In this document: positions 30,968 to 42,500 of the stretch, in pieces | How the letters are laid out: every line of letters starts with the position of its first letter | How positions within the stretch are numbered: position 1 is the first letter of the stretch | NCBI GenBank assembly: GCA_016839815.1 | Contig: JAEOTM010000187.1 | Span: 1 to 64,000, forward strand | Reading direction: 5' to 3' | Source: Candidatus Hodarchaeota archaeon | Lineage (GTDB): Archaea > Asgardarchaeota > Heimdallarchaeia > Hodarchaeales > Hodarchaeaceae | Length of the DNA: 64,000 bases | Notes under the pieces: generated by a model | Told to the model about the DNA's origin: nothing | Databases searched by the model: none | The model's input: the letters and a program-made list of their open reading frames with translations, nothing else | Position numbers and translations under genes: made by a program

Positions 30968-31648
30968 ATGAATGATCAGTCTATTTCCAAAGGAGAGATA
31001 AAGCAATTACTCTTTTTCATGAATAGGATCAAGGTTTTTGAAAAAACTTTTGTGGTTCAGAAGGATTCAATCACTAGATTGATTTGGGGTCTTCTTTTAG
31101 TTGGTGCAGGAATTTTAAGTTTTGTAATAACACAAATGGCCTATATCATTGAAGACTATGGAATTTTCTCCCTTATACCATGGATCTTGGCGATATTTTC
31201 AGGATTAGTAATTCAGATCTTTTCTGATCGACATATTACTAATATATATAGCTGGAAACCATCAGATGAGAAAGTAGAAAGTGATACAATTTTTATGTCT
31301 CTCGCTTTTATTCTTATCGGAGTAGTCGTCGTAATTACAAATACTCCTGAATTGTTTATCTTCACTTTCCCATCCATATCATTGATCTCGGGTTTTATAA
31401 CCCTAGTGAATGATAGGAAGTATTTCCGAGAAAATTCGGACATATTAAATGAAAAATATGCCTATTTCACCCCTGTTGTATGTACGATCATCGCGGGATT
31501 AATGCTAATTGCCTCTCTTATCGATCGATCTTTCTATATTTATGATAGCATGGCTTTTGGCGTTGGTTTTGGAGGTAGCTTCAGCTTAACCGCGTTTTGG
31601 AACCGAAAGAAAGTTAATGCCTATATTGAACAAACCGATATAGATTAG
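30968..31648 (+). CDS. Hypothetical membrane protein (about 6 TM)
   Basis: Hydrophobic 226-aa ORF upstream of a wHTH regulator. Confidence 0.65.
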   Translation: MNDQSISKGEIKQLLFFMNRIKVFEKTFVVQKDSITRLIWGLLLVGAGILSFVITQMAYIIEDYGIFSLIPWILAIFSGLVIQIFSDRHITNIYSWKPSDEKVESDTIFMSLAFILIGVVVVITNTPELFIFTFPSISLISGFITLVNDRKYFRENSDILNEKYAYFTPVVCTIIAGLMLIASLIDRSFYIYDSMAFGVGFGGSFSLTAFWNRKKVNAYIEQTDID

Positions 31649-31695
31649 ACAGCCAAAACATAAAAACTTGAAAATTCTCACATGTTCTGATCAAT

Positions 31696-32031
31696 GTGAT
31701 TCCTGATAGTTCTGAAGAAAATCAACTAAAGACTATTTTAGAAGTCGATAGTGATATTCATAACCCAGCGCGTATGTCTGTCTTGATGTTCCTTCTTCCA
31801 CGAGGACGGGCAACGTTTACATTAATTCAAAGATGTTTAGAATTAACATCAGGGAATCTCTCATCTCATATAAAGAAATTACAAACAAAGGGGTATGTAG
31901 AAGTCAAAAAAACATTTATTGACCTTAAACCCACTACTGAAGTCTATATTAGTCCCAAGGGCCGAGAGTCGATTATTGAATATGCTAAAAACCTTTCTAG
32001 CGTTTTTCAAAATATGTTAAATGATGTATAG
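31696..32031 (+). CDS. Winged-helix transcriptional regulator (HTH_34/ArsR-MarR-like)
   Basis: IHNPARMSVL..LTSGNLSSHIKKL..GYVEVKK..T..ISPKG. Confidence 0.88.
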   Translation: MIPDSSEENQLKTILEVDSDIHNPARMSVLMFLLPRGRATFTLIQRCLELTSGNLSSHIKKLQTKGYVEVKKTFIDLKPTTEVYISPKGRESIIEYAKNLSSVFQNMLNDV

Positions 32032-32399
32032 TAGTTTTCATTTGTAATCGGTTGTTTTAAGAGTAATATAGAATACTGAACCTGTAGATGGATCTGCATG
32101 CAAGGTGAATCAAAAAGCTGTGAGTCACATATCCACTATCTGGAGAAGGTATATTCAAAGCAGAAATTTGCCATCAGTATTAGAAAAAATAGCCATATAT
32201 TGGCCAAAGTATTAAATTTAATTGAAGTAGTATCTGCTAGGTTCTCTACGCTTTAAAAAATCATAGTATATTATTTTTAGGAATGTTAACTAGAGTTCAC
32301 AACAATGCTTGATTTGGCGGGATTTTTCGATAGGTAATTCTTGAAGAGATAAAAATTATATAGCATACATTTTCAATAACCTTTTCTACAGGAGTTGAG

Positions 32400-33551
32400 G
32401 TGTTTCAAACCTTGAAAGAAGGAGTACTAAAATATTCAGTCTTACTTAAATGGATTCAAATAATTGGTTGGTTAATAATATCTCTGGGACTATTGTTTTT
32501 CTTAGGCATTTTTAAGATAGATTTCGAGTATTCCCTTATTGGAGCGCCTATTAATTCTCTCTATGGAATTACTTACGTAGCTCTCTACGCATTTGGAGGA
32601 TACTTAGTTTTCTTTGCATTATTATTACTCCTTCCAGTCTTAGATCGGGAGTACCTAGATAGAATGAAAAGCTACCTTTCTCTATCCCTCATACTGAGTA
32701 TCGTCGGAGGGGGACTTATTCTTTATTCATTGTTGGTAGCGTTTGATATTCTTCCCTCACTTGCTTCTACTCACAAATGGGTTGATTATTTCATACTTGG
32801 ACTAATTTTATTTTGTTCAAATTACATAACACTAATTTTTTCTACTGAAGATTTTCATTCTTGGGCTGTTTACGACAGAATTTGGTTCATATTGATAGGA
32901 ATAGGAATTACTTTGGAAATTATGTCGCTCCTCGCATACTGGTCCCTTCTAAAGAGTATTCAGATTTCTCCAGGATCATGGGGGGATTTATATTCTTTTG
33001 GACTGGTCTTTCTATTTCTTGGTGGTTTTCCGTTTTTATTGTCGTATAAACCCACAAATAAAACGACAGCAACTGTCTTAGGGAGTATTTCAATTATCCT
33101 CATTATTTCAGGTCTAATAACGTATCTTGCTCCAACTCTTGCTCTTAACGGCATCCTCTTTAATACAACATTATTTAAATATAATAAATATTTTGATTTT
33201 CTCTTCTATGGCTCATTACTCCTTATTAGTGGGATTTCTGTCGCCTCAACAAATAAAAAAATTCAGAGATATTTCAAAACAGTTTCTTCACTATGGATAG
33301 TGATTTTATTCTTTGGGCTCACTCAGTATCTTACGTCAATTCTGATGGAGATTACCGATACTCATTTCATCGATTTTGGCTTGGATGTTCTATTTCAGCA
33401 GAGTGATAGAGGATCCCTCTTCTTCGGGATGACCTGGAATGTGTTCTTTTTCAATGGGTTCATAACTACTCTAATAGGATTAATTGTTTGTAACAGACTT
33501 ATCATTCAGGAAACAGCTTTTAGTGAGAGTACAACTCTTGGAGAGGAATAA
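32400..33551 (+). CDS. Hypothetical polytopic membrane protein (about 10 TM)
   Basis: 383-aa hydrophobic ORF with GGAG RBS. Confidence 0.7.
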   Translation: MFQTLKEGVLKYSVLLKWIQIIGWLIISLGLLFFLGIFKIDFEYSLIGAPINSLYGITYVALYAFGGYLVFFALLLLLPVLDREYLDRMKSYLSLSLILSIVGGGLILYSLLVAFDILPSLASTHKWVDYFILGLILFCSNYITLIFSTEDFHSWAVYDRIWFILIGIGITLEIMSLLAYWSLLKSIQISPGSWGDLYSFGLVFLFLGGFPFLLSYKPTNKTTATVLGSISIILIISGLITYLAPTLALNGILFNTTLFKYNKYFDFLFYGSLLLISGISVASTNKKIQRYFKTVSSLWIVILFFGLTQYLTSILMEITDTHFIDFGLDVLFQQSDRGSLFFGMTWNVFFFNGFITTLIGLIVCNRLIIQETAFSESTTLGEE

Positions 33552-33578
33552 AAAGTAATAATCCAGTGGTTTATAGTC

Positions 33579-34361
33579 TTAATTTCTAGGAATTAGTTTA
33601 AGTGCATTATACGAGCAAACTGATACACATAATCCACATCCAACGCAATTATCGGCAAAAAAGACAGTTTTTTCTTCGATAGTGTTCAAAGCATCAAAAT
33701 GGCACCGTTCAACACAGCTACCACAATGCGCGCATATATCACTTTTATGAACAGCAATAAAATGGCTGTTCCTAACAATTTTCGCGTTTATTAATCGATT
33801 AACTGAATTAAGCATAACACAACAACATGGACAACAATTACAAATAACGTAAAAAAATTCTTTCGTTGGGGCAGTGATTAGTTGATGAACAAGACCAATT
33901 TTGTCCGCTTTATAAAGAACCCTTTTGATTTCATCTATTGTTGCGGATTTCAAAGGTGTTCGTTTGCCCACTTCCGATAACTTCTCTGCGGTACCCACAT
34001 GAATGCAAGTCCATTTAGGATTGTCACAATTATTCCGAGTTGTTCTACAATAGCAATACCCAAGAGCTAATGATGGTAAACGTTCAATAATACCAACAAG
34101 TTCCTCTGTAGATACGATTTGATAATCACTTTCAAGGGCAGAATTTATAGGAATAACTGTACTTCCATAAATTTGGTTAAAGTGGGATTCTGACCAATCA
34201 AAGAAACCTGGAGATATTCTTGAATCAAAAATTCTTCGGAATTCAAGAATCGGAACTTCTAAGATTCCAAAAATAGTTGATACTGCACGTCCAATGCGTG
34301 GAAATGCCAATAGATACTTTATTTTGGAATCTATCTTCTTCAGAAGCTCCATGATGTTCAC
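33579..34361 (-). CDS. 4Fe-4S dicluster protein
   Basis: CYCR..C..C, ICNCCPCCC, CAHCGSCVERC, CVGCGLCVSVC. Confidence 0.88.
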   Translation of the reverse strand: MNIMELLKKIDSKIKYLLAFPRIGRAVSTIFGILEVPILEFRRIFDSRISPGFFDWSESHFNQIYGSTVIPINSALESDYQIVSTEELVGIIERLPSLALGYCYCRTTRNNCDNPKWTCIHVGTAEKLSEVGKRTPLKSATIDEIKRVLYKADKIGLVHQLITAPTKEFFYVICNCCPCCCVMLNSVNRLINAKIVRNSHFIAVHKSDICAHCGSCVERCHFDALNTIEEKTVFFADNCVGCGLCVSVCSYNALKLIPRN

Positions 34362-34413
34362 TCAAGGATATTAATTCGTTTGAAAACCCGACAAAAAAAA
34401 AACCAATTGAGTA

Positions 34414-35364
34414 ATGGAACGAGAGATTTTGAGTAATAATGAACTTTTCGGAATAATGCTAGCGTTCAGTGCAGCAATTTGTTGGGGTTCGACTGGTGTA
34501 TTGTATAAGGCTGTTATAAAAGTAGAACATTCACTTTTCCTAACCATGACATTTCGGGGAATGATTGCAGTTCCGTTTTTGGCTGTGATAACATATATTA
34601 CTACAGGATTTGGAGCGTTATCTTTGTTTCTCCAGCCTGATGTTCTGCCAATCCTTCTCTTTTCAAGTTTGTTCGTTACTCTCGGAGATTTGATCTTTTT
34701 TGCCTCTCTAAAAAGAATTGATGTCTCAAAATCACAACCTGTCGCTGGGATATATCCACTATTCACAATAGTCCTACTTATCATGTTTGGAGTAGAAGTG
34801 GTATCTCTCGAGGTGATTCTAGCGACTTTGATACTGATCGTAGGAGTAGGTTTTGTTTCTCAACAAAATCAATCTACATCGGGTTCATCATCTTTAGAAA
34901 ATACCGTAATTCGAGAGGGATTAATTTTAGCGATATTAGCAGCAATTTTTTGGAGTTTCGGAATTTTAACTTTAGATTATCTTCTTGAACTTCCTGGAAT
35001 TGATGTTTTATCATTAGCTACTATACGATTTAGTATTTTAACTATATTAATGGCTCTTACTTGGTTAATATTAGATAAATACTCACTTTTCTTCCCAAAG
35101 AATACTTTTTCACAATCACCAATATCGAGAAGAGACATCCTCATATTTGGCCTGACCGGGATTCTCAGTTGGGGAGTAGGTGGGGTGGCATTCTTTACTG
35201 CATTAGAAATGATTGATACATCACAAGCCACACCAATATCATCAATCAATCCTCTAATTGCGGTCGTTCTAGGGATTATATTTCTTAAAGAAAGGATTTC
35301 TCATATACAAGCAGTTGGGGTACTGCTTGTTTGCGTAGGAACGATTCTTATTTCAATTAATTAA
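34414..35364 (+). CDS. DMT/EamA family transporter
   Basis: Two EamA repeats (AAICWG / AAIFWS; PLF / NPLIA..LKERI). Confidence 0.9.
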   Translation: MEREILSNNELFGIMLAFSAAICWGSTGVLYKAVIKVEHSLFLTMTFRGMIAVPFLAVITYITTGFGALSLFLQPDVLPILLFSSLFVTLGDLIFFASLKRIDVSKSQPVAGIYPLFTIVLLIMFGVEVVSLEVILATLILIVGVGFVSQQNQSTSGSSSLENTVIREGLILAILAAIFWSFGILTLDYLLELPGIDVLSLATIRFSILTILMALTWLILDKYSLFFPKNTFSQSPISRRDILIFGLTGILSWGVGGVAFFTALEMIDTSQATPISSINPLIAVVLGIIFLKERISHIQAVGVLLVCVGTILISIN

Positions 35365-35383
35365 GAAGTAAAACAATGACACT

Positions 35384-35764
35384 CTACTCAATGTTCAAAG
35401 CTCTTCTATTCTCCTCTGTATCAAGATAGATTCGCCATTCAACAATCTGATCATTTTCAACTTTGGCGGTCCAAATAGCTGGTCCATCAAGTACAGGTTC
35501 AGAACATTCAGAATGACCTAACAGAATCACATCATTCCCTCGGGAGATTACAGTATGGAAAATATTTCTATAATCAGGATATTCCGCAAAAAATTCTTTC
35601 CAGCTGATTTTCATCTGTTCTTTGCTTTCTACACGATTTTTGCTATCAATAAAATGGTGATTATCAGCCATCAGACTGATAACACCTTCTAAATCTCGAT
35701 TGTTGATGTATTCATTGTATAGAAGTGAAGTAAGTTTCGGATCTCTTGTTTTCATTTTCACCAA
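35384..35764 (-). CDS. SnoaL/NTF2-like protein
   Basis: INNRDLEGVISLMAD..F..YPDY..IVEWRIYLDT. Confidence 0.8.
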   Translation of the reverse strand: MVKMKTRDPKLTSLLYNEYINNRDLEGVISLMADNHHFIDSKNRVESKEQMKISWKEFFAEYPDYRNIFHTVISRGNDVILLGHSECSEPVLDGPAIWTAKVENDQIVEWRIYLDTEENRRALNIE

Positions 35765-35789
35765 TTTAATAATCTATTTAGTTTAGATG

Positions 35790-36377
35790 CTATCCTGTAA
35801 TTTCTTGAACAATCAATGAACGCATTCTTGGGTGGTTGGGAAGTAAACTCAGTGTAAGATAATTATCTCCAGGAACATCAGTTCGTGAAACCCATTGGAC
35901 TTTAATCACATAGGTTCCTGCAGGAAGATTGTCTATTTGATATACGATGTAAATTGTACCGCCATACTCACGCCAACTATTTAACGCTACTGCTTCGTAA
36001 TACTTTATACTGGTTTGTCTGTTTCCTACTCCAGAAATTTCTAGAGAGATATTGAAAAAGAGATGGGAACCTGCCGCGAATTCCTGTCGAATGCCCAGTA
36101 CATATGGTGACGTAAATTCAGCTCTTAAGGATGAATTTTCCGCAATAGTAATTGAAAGTGTACTCTCTGGGACATCAGTAAAAGTTGTAGAGTGATCATA
36201 AATAGATGCTGAGGCATCTGTTTCTTGATACAACGACTGTAGAATTACACTCGTTGTAGTTATCTCATCTTGGTCTGTAGCAATATTAGGGAAAACTAAG
36301 GGTAACGTTACTACACTTAAACCTCCAGTAATAATCACTGCTCCAATAATAGCAATAAGTACTTCTTTTCCAGACAT
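35790..36377 (-). CDS. Hypothetical N-terminally anchored beta-sandwich protein
   Basis: N-terminal TM helix, then beta-rich domain (LPAGTYVIKVQW). Confidence 0.6.
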   Translation of the reverse strand: MSGKEVLIAIIGAVIITGGLSVVTLPLVFPNIATDQDEITTTSVILQSLYQETDASASIYDHSTTFTDVPESTLSITIAENSSLRAEFTSPYVLGIRQEFAAGSHLFFNISLEISGVGNRQTSIKYYEAVALNSWREYGGTIYIVYQIDNLPAGTYVIKVQWVSRTDVPGDNYLTLSLLPNHPRMRSLIVQEITG

Positions 36378-36546
36378 ATTTTAATCAATCCTTGTAAACT
36401 AATCTCTAATCTAAGCAGGTAATACAGAAATGTAGATATTTATACCTTTCTAATTCCGTTAGTAATGAGATTGAAAATTATTACTCCCCTCATACCCAAA
36501 AAGGTGAACTTCAACAACACATGATTCTCATACCAAGGTTGTCATT

Positions 36547-37059
36547 CTAATTGCCTGAACTAATAATTCTTCCTATCTCTTCAGCCCATTCACGTATAAT
36601 CCCCCAATCTCGATTATCCCCCCGATCTGCGAAACTCCCAACATATCGACCACCTAGTGCCTTTCGAGAGGTAAAATTGAGATTAAACTTTGCCAATGTA
36701 CTATCAATCCATTTTTTTTGAAGTTGTTCATACTTAACTAGATCACCTTCTTTGTATGCATCTCCAGCGCCACCAGAAGACACAAAGACAAAGAGTTTCT
36801 TCCCTGCAAGCTTCTGACGATTTTTTTTCAGAAAAATTTTACCTTCTTTCGCCCATCTAAACTTGGCTACACTTACTCCAAGGATTACATTATCGTAAGG
36901 AGTTACATCAGGATTTTTTGTACTCTTATCTTTCAAGTTAACTAGATCTATGTCTATATTGAATTTTTCTTTTATCACACGGATAATTTCCTGGGCTGTC
37001 TCAGTGGTAGCACCCCAACGAGTTGCATAAACAAGAACTGTATTTCTCATCTGATTCAC
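36547..37059 (-). CDS. Flavodoxin-domain protein (HemG/Flavodoxin_5-like)
   Basis: VYATRWGATTETA; DNRDWGIIREWA. Confidence 0.85.
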   Translation of the reverse strand: MNQMRNTVLVYATRWGATTETAQEIIRVIKEKFNIDIDLVNLKDKSTKNPDVTPYDNVILGVSVAKFRWAKEGKIFLKKNRQKLAGKKLFVFVSSGGAGDAYKEGDLVKYEQLQKKWIDSTLAKFNLNFTSRKALGGRYVGSFADRGDNRDWGIIREWAEEIGRIISSGN

Positions 37060-37066
37060 CTAAATT

Positions 37067-37543
37067 TCAAAGTAATGAAAGGAAGAAAATTCCTCCCCCT
37101 AGAAGAAGGGAACCCCCTTCTACGGCAATCACACCAAGTTTAGTTTGCATTAGTCCAAGTCCTACTTTTGGAGAGTCTTTGAAGGGGTGAAGTAGTTTTC
37201 CTGTATCATTGGGAAAAACATAAGTCATTGGAGAGACTAGAAAGTCAACTACCCAATGACTAAAGACAAGCAAACCTAATAAGAGACTAGTAACGGGATC
37301 TTGCCCAAAAAACATGAAACCTATCATACCAACAGTTGACCAAATTAAAGCCATAAGTAAACTATGAGACCAAGGGGCTTCAGTAATATGGTCAGAACTC
37401 GGCATATCTTCAAGACCAGCGAACATAAAGACCATAAAAAGTAAATCAAGAAGATATGAGCAAATCACTAGAAGAATAATTGAGATGTCAGGAAGGATTA
37501 GTTGGAACGCTAATCCAATCCCAAGGTGTGCTATACCTGCCAT
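37067..37543 (-). CDS. Membrane-bound metal-dependent hydrolase-like protein
   Basis: His motifs AHLG, PWSHSL, FSHWVVD among TM helices. Confidence 0.7.
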   Translation of the reverse strand: MAGIAHLGIGLAFQLILPDISIILLVICSYLLDLLFMVFMFAGLEDMPSSDHITEAPWSHSLLMALIWSTVGMIGFMFFGQDPVTSLLLGLLVFSHWVVDFLVSPMTYVFPNDTGKLLHPFKDSPKVGLGLMQTKLGVIAVEGGSLLLGGGIFFLSLL

Positions 37544-37561
37544 GAAATGGTCACCAAATTC

Positions 37562-38296
37562 TTACACTTCAACAACAACAGTTTCTGCTAAGATATCTAA
37601 ACCCCGTTGTTTCGTTGTTTTTTCTGGGTCAAATCGTTCCAGTATCATACCTAAAATAACATCTATTGGTAAAAATTCTTCAAAGATGAAAACTTTGGAG
37701 AAATTACGTATGATGGCTTGCTTCCAGGTAATTTTTATCCCAGATTGATCGACAACAGCTAAATGAAATAACTTTTTACCAATGGTTGTAGCATAACGAT
37801 ACTCTAAAACTACATTATAACCCACAAATAAGAGAATAGCTAGGATGGTCATTATAGTAATCGAGAGCAATAACAAGATACCTTGGATTGATAAATCGAC
37901 CGTACCACTTTCCCAGTTAGAAAATTCAGTCATCAATTCGTCTAAAGGCATAATTGTGAGGATAACGAAACCAAAACCAAGAGCAAGTACGAATAGGATA
38001 AGAAATATTTCAAGAATGAAATCAACTATCCATGCGAAGAAACGCGTTAACCAAGTTGCGCGTGTATTATGCCAATTTTGCCCTTTACTAACATTCAAAG
38101 CGACATTACGGGGAGTACCAAAAACTGAAGTAGGATTGGTTCCACCAGATTCTTCCATAGCTGATTGAACGTCGATACGGAGTTCTTCTAAAGCATCATG
38201 TTTCATTTCATTCGAATAAGGAAGATAATAACTTACTTCCTCGATATACTCATCAATAACATTTTTTGTAGTATTTTTACCCATTTTTGTCAACAC
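37562..38296 (-). CDS. RDD-family membrane protein with an N-terminal HAAS-like helical domain
   Basis: IDEYIEEV..LP..ALEEL..FGTPRNVA; RFFAWIVD, TIGKKL, QRGLDILAETVVV. Confidence 0.85.
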   Translation of the reverse strand: MLTKMGKNTTKNVIDEYIEEVSYYLPYSNEMKHDALEELRIDVQSAMEESGGTNPTSVFGTPRNVALNVSKGQNWHNTRATWLTRFFAWIVDFILEIFLILFVLALGFGFVILTIMPLDELMTEFSNWESGTVDLSIQGILLLLSITIMTILAILLFVGYNVVLEYRYATTIGKKLFHLAVVDQSGIKITWKQAIIRNFSKVFIFEEFLPIDVILGMILERFDPEKTTKQRGLDILAETVVVEV

Positions 38297-38297
38297 A

Positions 38298-38651
38298 TCA
38301 TTTAGTATCTATCATTTCATGGACAATATTCAGAAATTCTTTCATTGAGAGTTGCAAAGAGGTTAAAAATTCTGTTCCTTCATCTGTCAATGAATAGATC
38401 CTTTTACGTGAGTCTCCTTCTTTCACTCCAATAATCAACCCACTATCTTCTTCTAGGTTTTTGAGAATTGGATAAATGTTGGATCCTTCAATCTTGATTT
38501 TATCCTTAGTCTTTTCTCTAAGTCTTTTTGAGATTTGAAAGGGATAATCAGGCTTTTCTGCAAGTATGAAAAGGATTAGTGGCTTAGAAAAGCCTTTTTT
38601 GAATTCTATTTCGAATTTTTCACGTATTTTGTCCAGATCCAATGATTTCAA
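38298..38651 (-). CDS. PadR-family transcriptional regulator
   Basis: LILFIL..YPFQI..IYPILKNLE..RKRIYSLTDEG. Confidence 0.9.
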   Translation of the reverse strand: MKSLDLDKIREKFEIEFKKGFSKPLILFILAEKPDYPFQISKRLREKTKDKIKIEGSNIYPILKNLEEDSGLIIGVKEGDSRKRIYSLTDEGTEFLTSLQLSMKEFLNIVHEMIDTK

Positions 38652-38816
38652 CTCTGTTTATAGTTTATATATTGATTCTATATATAGATTATGGTTACGG
38701 ATCATTACTCAATAATTGTGATAAACTCATCTCTATCGAAAAAACAGTATTAATAGTAGATTAATTTTTAAATGCTATCGTAATAATTATTGCTAATAGC
38801 TTAGGATGAAACATGT

Positions 38817-39260
38817 ATGGTAGTTGGCTGGTTTGCAAAGCAAATTGGATCAAAACTGAATTCAGGGGTGATAAAACTAGAGGAAGAGCTAGTAGAAAGA
38901 GAAGATACCATCAAATATTCTCCCACCTCTACAGAAAGAATGTTGTTCAATCCCAAAGATATGTCTACAATGCGACCTCTTGTGAAGTTACGGTTAGTTC
39001 CCAAAATGTTTCGTATCATGAGTCCTATGATTAGTAATATGAACCTTTCATTAAAAAGTCTAAGTGAGAATCCTACGGATCCCAAACGACGGGTGGATGA
39101 TGATTTCACAAAAAAATTTGAAGGATATGCCTATGAAATTGGCGTAGATGATATCGCATATACAGAGTTATCAGGAGATTTTATTTTCAAAGATAAAGCT
39201 GTCAAGTATGGAGGAGGAGTCATTGTATTATTGAGCTCAATTCTATTATTTATTGTTTAA
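38817..39260 (+). pseudogene. Probable truncated N-terminal fragment of a QueG/Rdh-like Fe-S protein
   Basis: IGVDDIAYTEL..FIFKDKAVKY resembles the N-terminal part of QueG/Rdh-like proteins, but the ORF stops before any Cys cluster. Confidence 0.4.
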
Positions 39261-39533
39261 TATCGGTGACTTCAAAACTAGAAATGTAAATTTCACTTAG
39301 TATATCGACCTATTTTTTTTTGCGGAGACTTTCTCTAGGTGAGAGGATTAGGGAATGTATATTAAGATTTAATCACTAAAAAAGCCTAAGACGGATGAAT
39401 CTTTGATTACGAAAATGTCCTAAAACGGGATATCCCAATACCTTGTCTAATTTACCCTTATAAGACAACTTCATAATTGAGATTTCGAACTTCTCCAAAT
39501 CTGATAATAAATAGTATGATGGAGAGATATATT

Positions 39534-42500
39534 ATGCGACTGAAAGTCTTACGTGTCCAACACATTATGTTGTTAACAGTATTAATGTTAAATGTTTTTG
39601 CTTTGATGATTAATTTTAATAGTGTATTGGAGGGAGAAGTCGAAGGATTCACTGCAGACCTATTAAGAGGATTTGGAGTACCAATACATAATGAAGATCA
39701 AAGTGAATCAGTAATCCCGAAATTAACAACTGAATCTCTTAATAAAATTGACGAAAGGAATCAGGTGAACTCTTTTCCCATCACAACATCAAAGATCGTC
39801 AATAGTTTTTCGCTTCCCTCTTGGGGAGGATTGGGTTTTGGGTTTAGGAAAAATATCACAATTGATTCTACTAAAGTTCCTACAGATTTAACTAATTTTC
39901 CTTTATTGATTGATATGAAAGACGCTCCTGATATCTTTGGTGTTACTCAAGCTTCGGGAAAGGATATTATATTTACTGATTCATCAGGGACGATTTTAGA
40001 TCATGAAATTGAACTCTTTGATGACGATACTTATCATTTAGTTGCCTGGGTGCGCATTCCTTCCCTTTCAAGTAGCCTAGATACACGTATTTCAATGTAC
40101 TATGGAAATGAAACTATTGGTACTCAACAAAATCCCTCTGGTGTTTGGGACAACGACTATATGGCTGTGTATCACTTAAACGATAATCCTAGCTCGACCA
40201 TCTATGATAGTACTTCCAATGATAATGATGGGTCATCATATGGTTCTGTCATTCAAGAAGAGGGACTGATGGGAAATGCTTATTACTTTGATCAACAAGG
40301 AGGTACAAATGATTATCTACAGATTCCTCAAAGCACTAGTCTTAATCTCGTAGGAAATCAGATGACCTTAGAAGGATGGGTGTACTTACAATTTACTCCT
40401 GTACTACATGATTCCATGGTTTTTGACAAGGCAGGTGATTTTTACAATACTGATGGATGGATGATGGGAGTTGATGGAGAGTACGTATCTGGTGGAGTCG
40501 GGTATCCCACACGGTTAAATCAACGATTAAATACTCAAAATAATCAAGCTATTCGAACAGATAATGGTGCAATTTATCCTGGACAATGGACTTATCTCAC
40601 AGTAGTTTATAACGGTATCACGACATCGTATACTGGTTATATTGATGCTTCAAGTGTTTATAATAATCCAAGCATCAGTGGGAATATTAGACCGGTAGAT
40701 ATGGATCTATTTATTGGAAAACGCGATGAAGCTGCAAATCGAGTGTTTTATGGAAGTATGGATGAGCTTAGAATTTCAAATACTACACGATCAACTGGTT
40801 ATATTACAACCTGTTATAATAATTACAACGATCCCGATTCATTTTATAGTATCTCCCCTCAAGAACCTAGTTTTTCATTATTTGAAAAACAAAGGACTCT
40901 TACAATTGATTCTTCAATTGTAGCTGGTGGTAGTGATTTAACCAACTTTCCATTACTTTTGAATTTATACCTAGAAAATGCTTCTCAGAATGTGTTGTTC
41001 CAAGATGCTTCCACCTCTCAAACCCTTGATTATGAGATTGAGCACTTCGATGCAGAATATAACACAAGTCATGGCAGGTTGGTAGTGTGGGTAAAAATTC
41101 CGATATTATCTAGTACAGTTGATACAGAAATTATCATGTTTACAGATTCTACTATAGCACCTGTGACAAGTAATACGAATATCTGGAAAGGATATCGAGG
41201 AGTTTGGCACTTGAGTGAGAGTGTCGTAGATGAGAGTTCAGCAAATAATGTTTACTTTGATGCAACTGGGGAAGGAAGTTTAGGAAATCAGCATGGTAGT
41301 GATGATAGTGGGAGCTCACTTGGTAAAGGAGCAAGTTTTGATGGTACCAATGACTATATCGAAATGGGTTCCCCTAATATCTTGAATCTCAATGATAGTA
41401 CTGATTCTGGAGGAATTGATCAAGTTTTTACACTTTCTGGATGGTTTTATCGAGATACCACTGGTACTATTGATGTAATTGTTGATAAATCTCAAGATGG
41501 AACTTATCCTAATATTCTAACTGGGTACATGGCATATATCGACTCAGATAACCGATTTAATTTTCGTCTTATGGATGATGATGATGATGGTTACAAAATG
41601 ATTTCTGCATCAACTTATACTAATCCTGGTTGGCATCATTTTGCGGCCACTTTCGATACATGTGGAGGTGGGGGGATATTCACAGAAAGTGTGAATTGGA
41701 AATTACTTATTGATGGTGTTGATGACACGGGAACAAAAGGAAGTTGGGGTCCAGGTGGAGGAGCATGGGAGTGGATCAATGGTTATCTGCCTAATGATGG
41801 TTATTTCACAATTGGAGCAAATTCCAATAATTCCAATTATTTCGATGGACTTATCGATGAAATTCGTTTGATAGATTCAACCTTATCACCAGATTGGATC
41901 GCTACCGAGTATCGTAACGCCTATAATTTATCATCTTACCTTTCTATTAGCCCTGAAATCGAAAGCCAAAGATTATGGCATGATGATTCATTTGCAAGAC
42001 GAAAGGATTTGCAGATCGATTCTTCAGGTTTTCAGGATGCGAATAATGAACATCATATTATACTTCGACCAGGTGCGCGAGGAACAGATTATAATCAATG
42101 GGGAGTATCAGGAGCTAATTATCGGCATGCAGCAGTAGAGGAAGTTATAGCTGACGGTTGGACAACGTATATCACCCATTCTAGTAATAATACCTATCTA
42201 CGTGAGATGTTCTATGCCGTTGGGTTACCTCCCACGACACCAAGTGGAACAATTACTAGTGTGAGGATTTATAGTACAGCAAGGACTTCTGGAGTCGTAT
42301 CTTCTTATGCATTTCAACATTATGTGAGAGTAGGCGGATCTAACCAATGGTTTGGATCTCGGGGTCTTAGTGGTTCTTGGATTAAGGATTATGATGAACA
42401 AACAACTAATCCTGTTACTTCTCAACCTTGGACATGGCAGGATTTGGTAGATTTTGAATTTGGAGTCCGTGCTCAAGTTGTAGAAGGTGCTTCTGCAGGA

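Noticed and set aside
32032-32399. Long intergenic gaps (also 2563-2948, 13693-14181, 59896-60169) as possible ncRNA/tRNA
   Set aside because: I could not recognise a cloverleaf, T-loop motif or convincing stem by eye; an Infernal/Rfam scan would be needed.
34371-34784. 137-aa minus-strand ORF
   Set aside because: It is antisense to the EamA transporter and has no recognisable motifs.
39477-39533. TTG start at 39477 for the giant ORF
   Set aside because: ATG 39534 has a GGAG RBS and begins a basic-then-hydrophobic signal-like segment, so it is the more plausible start.
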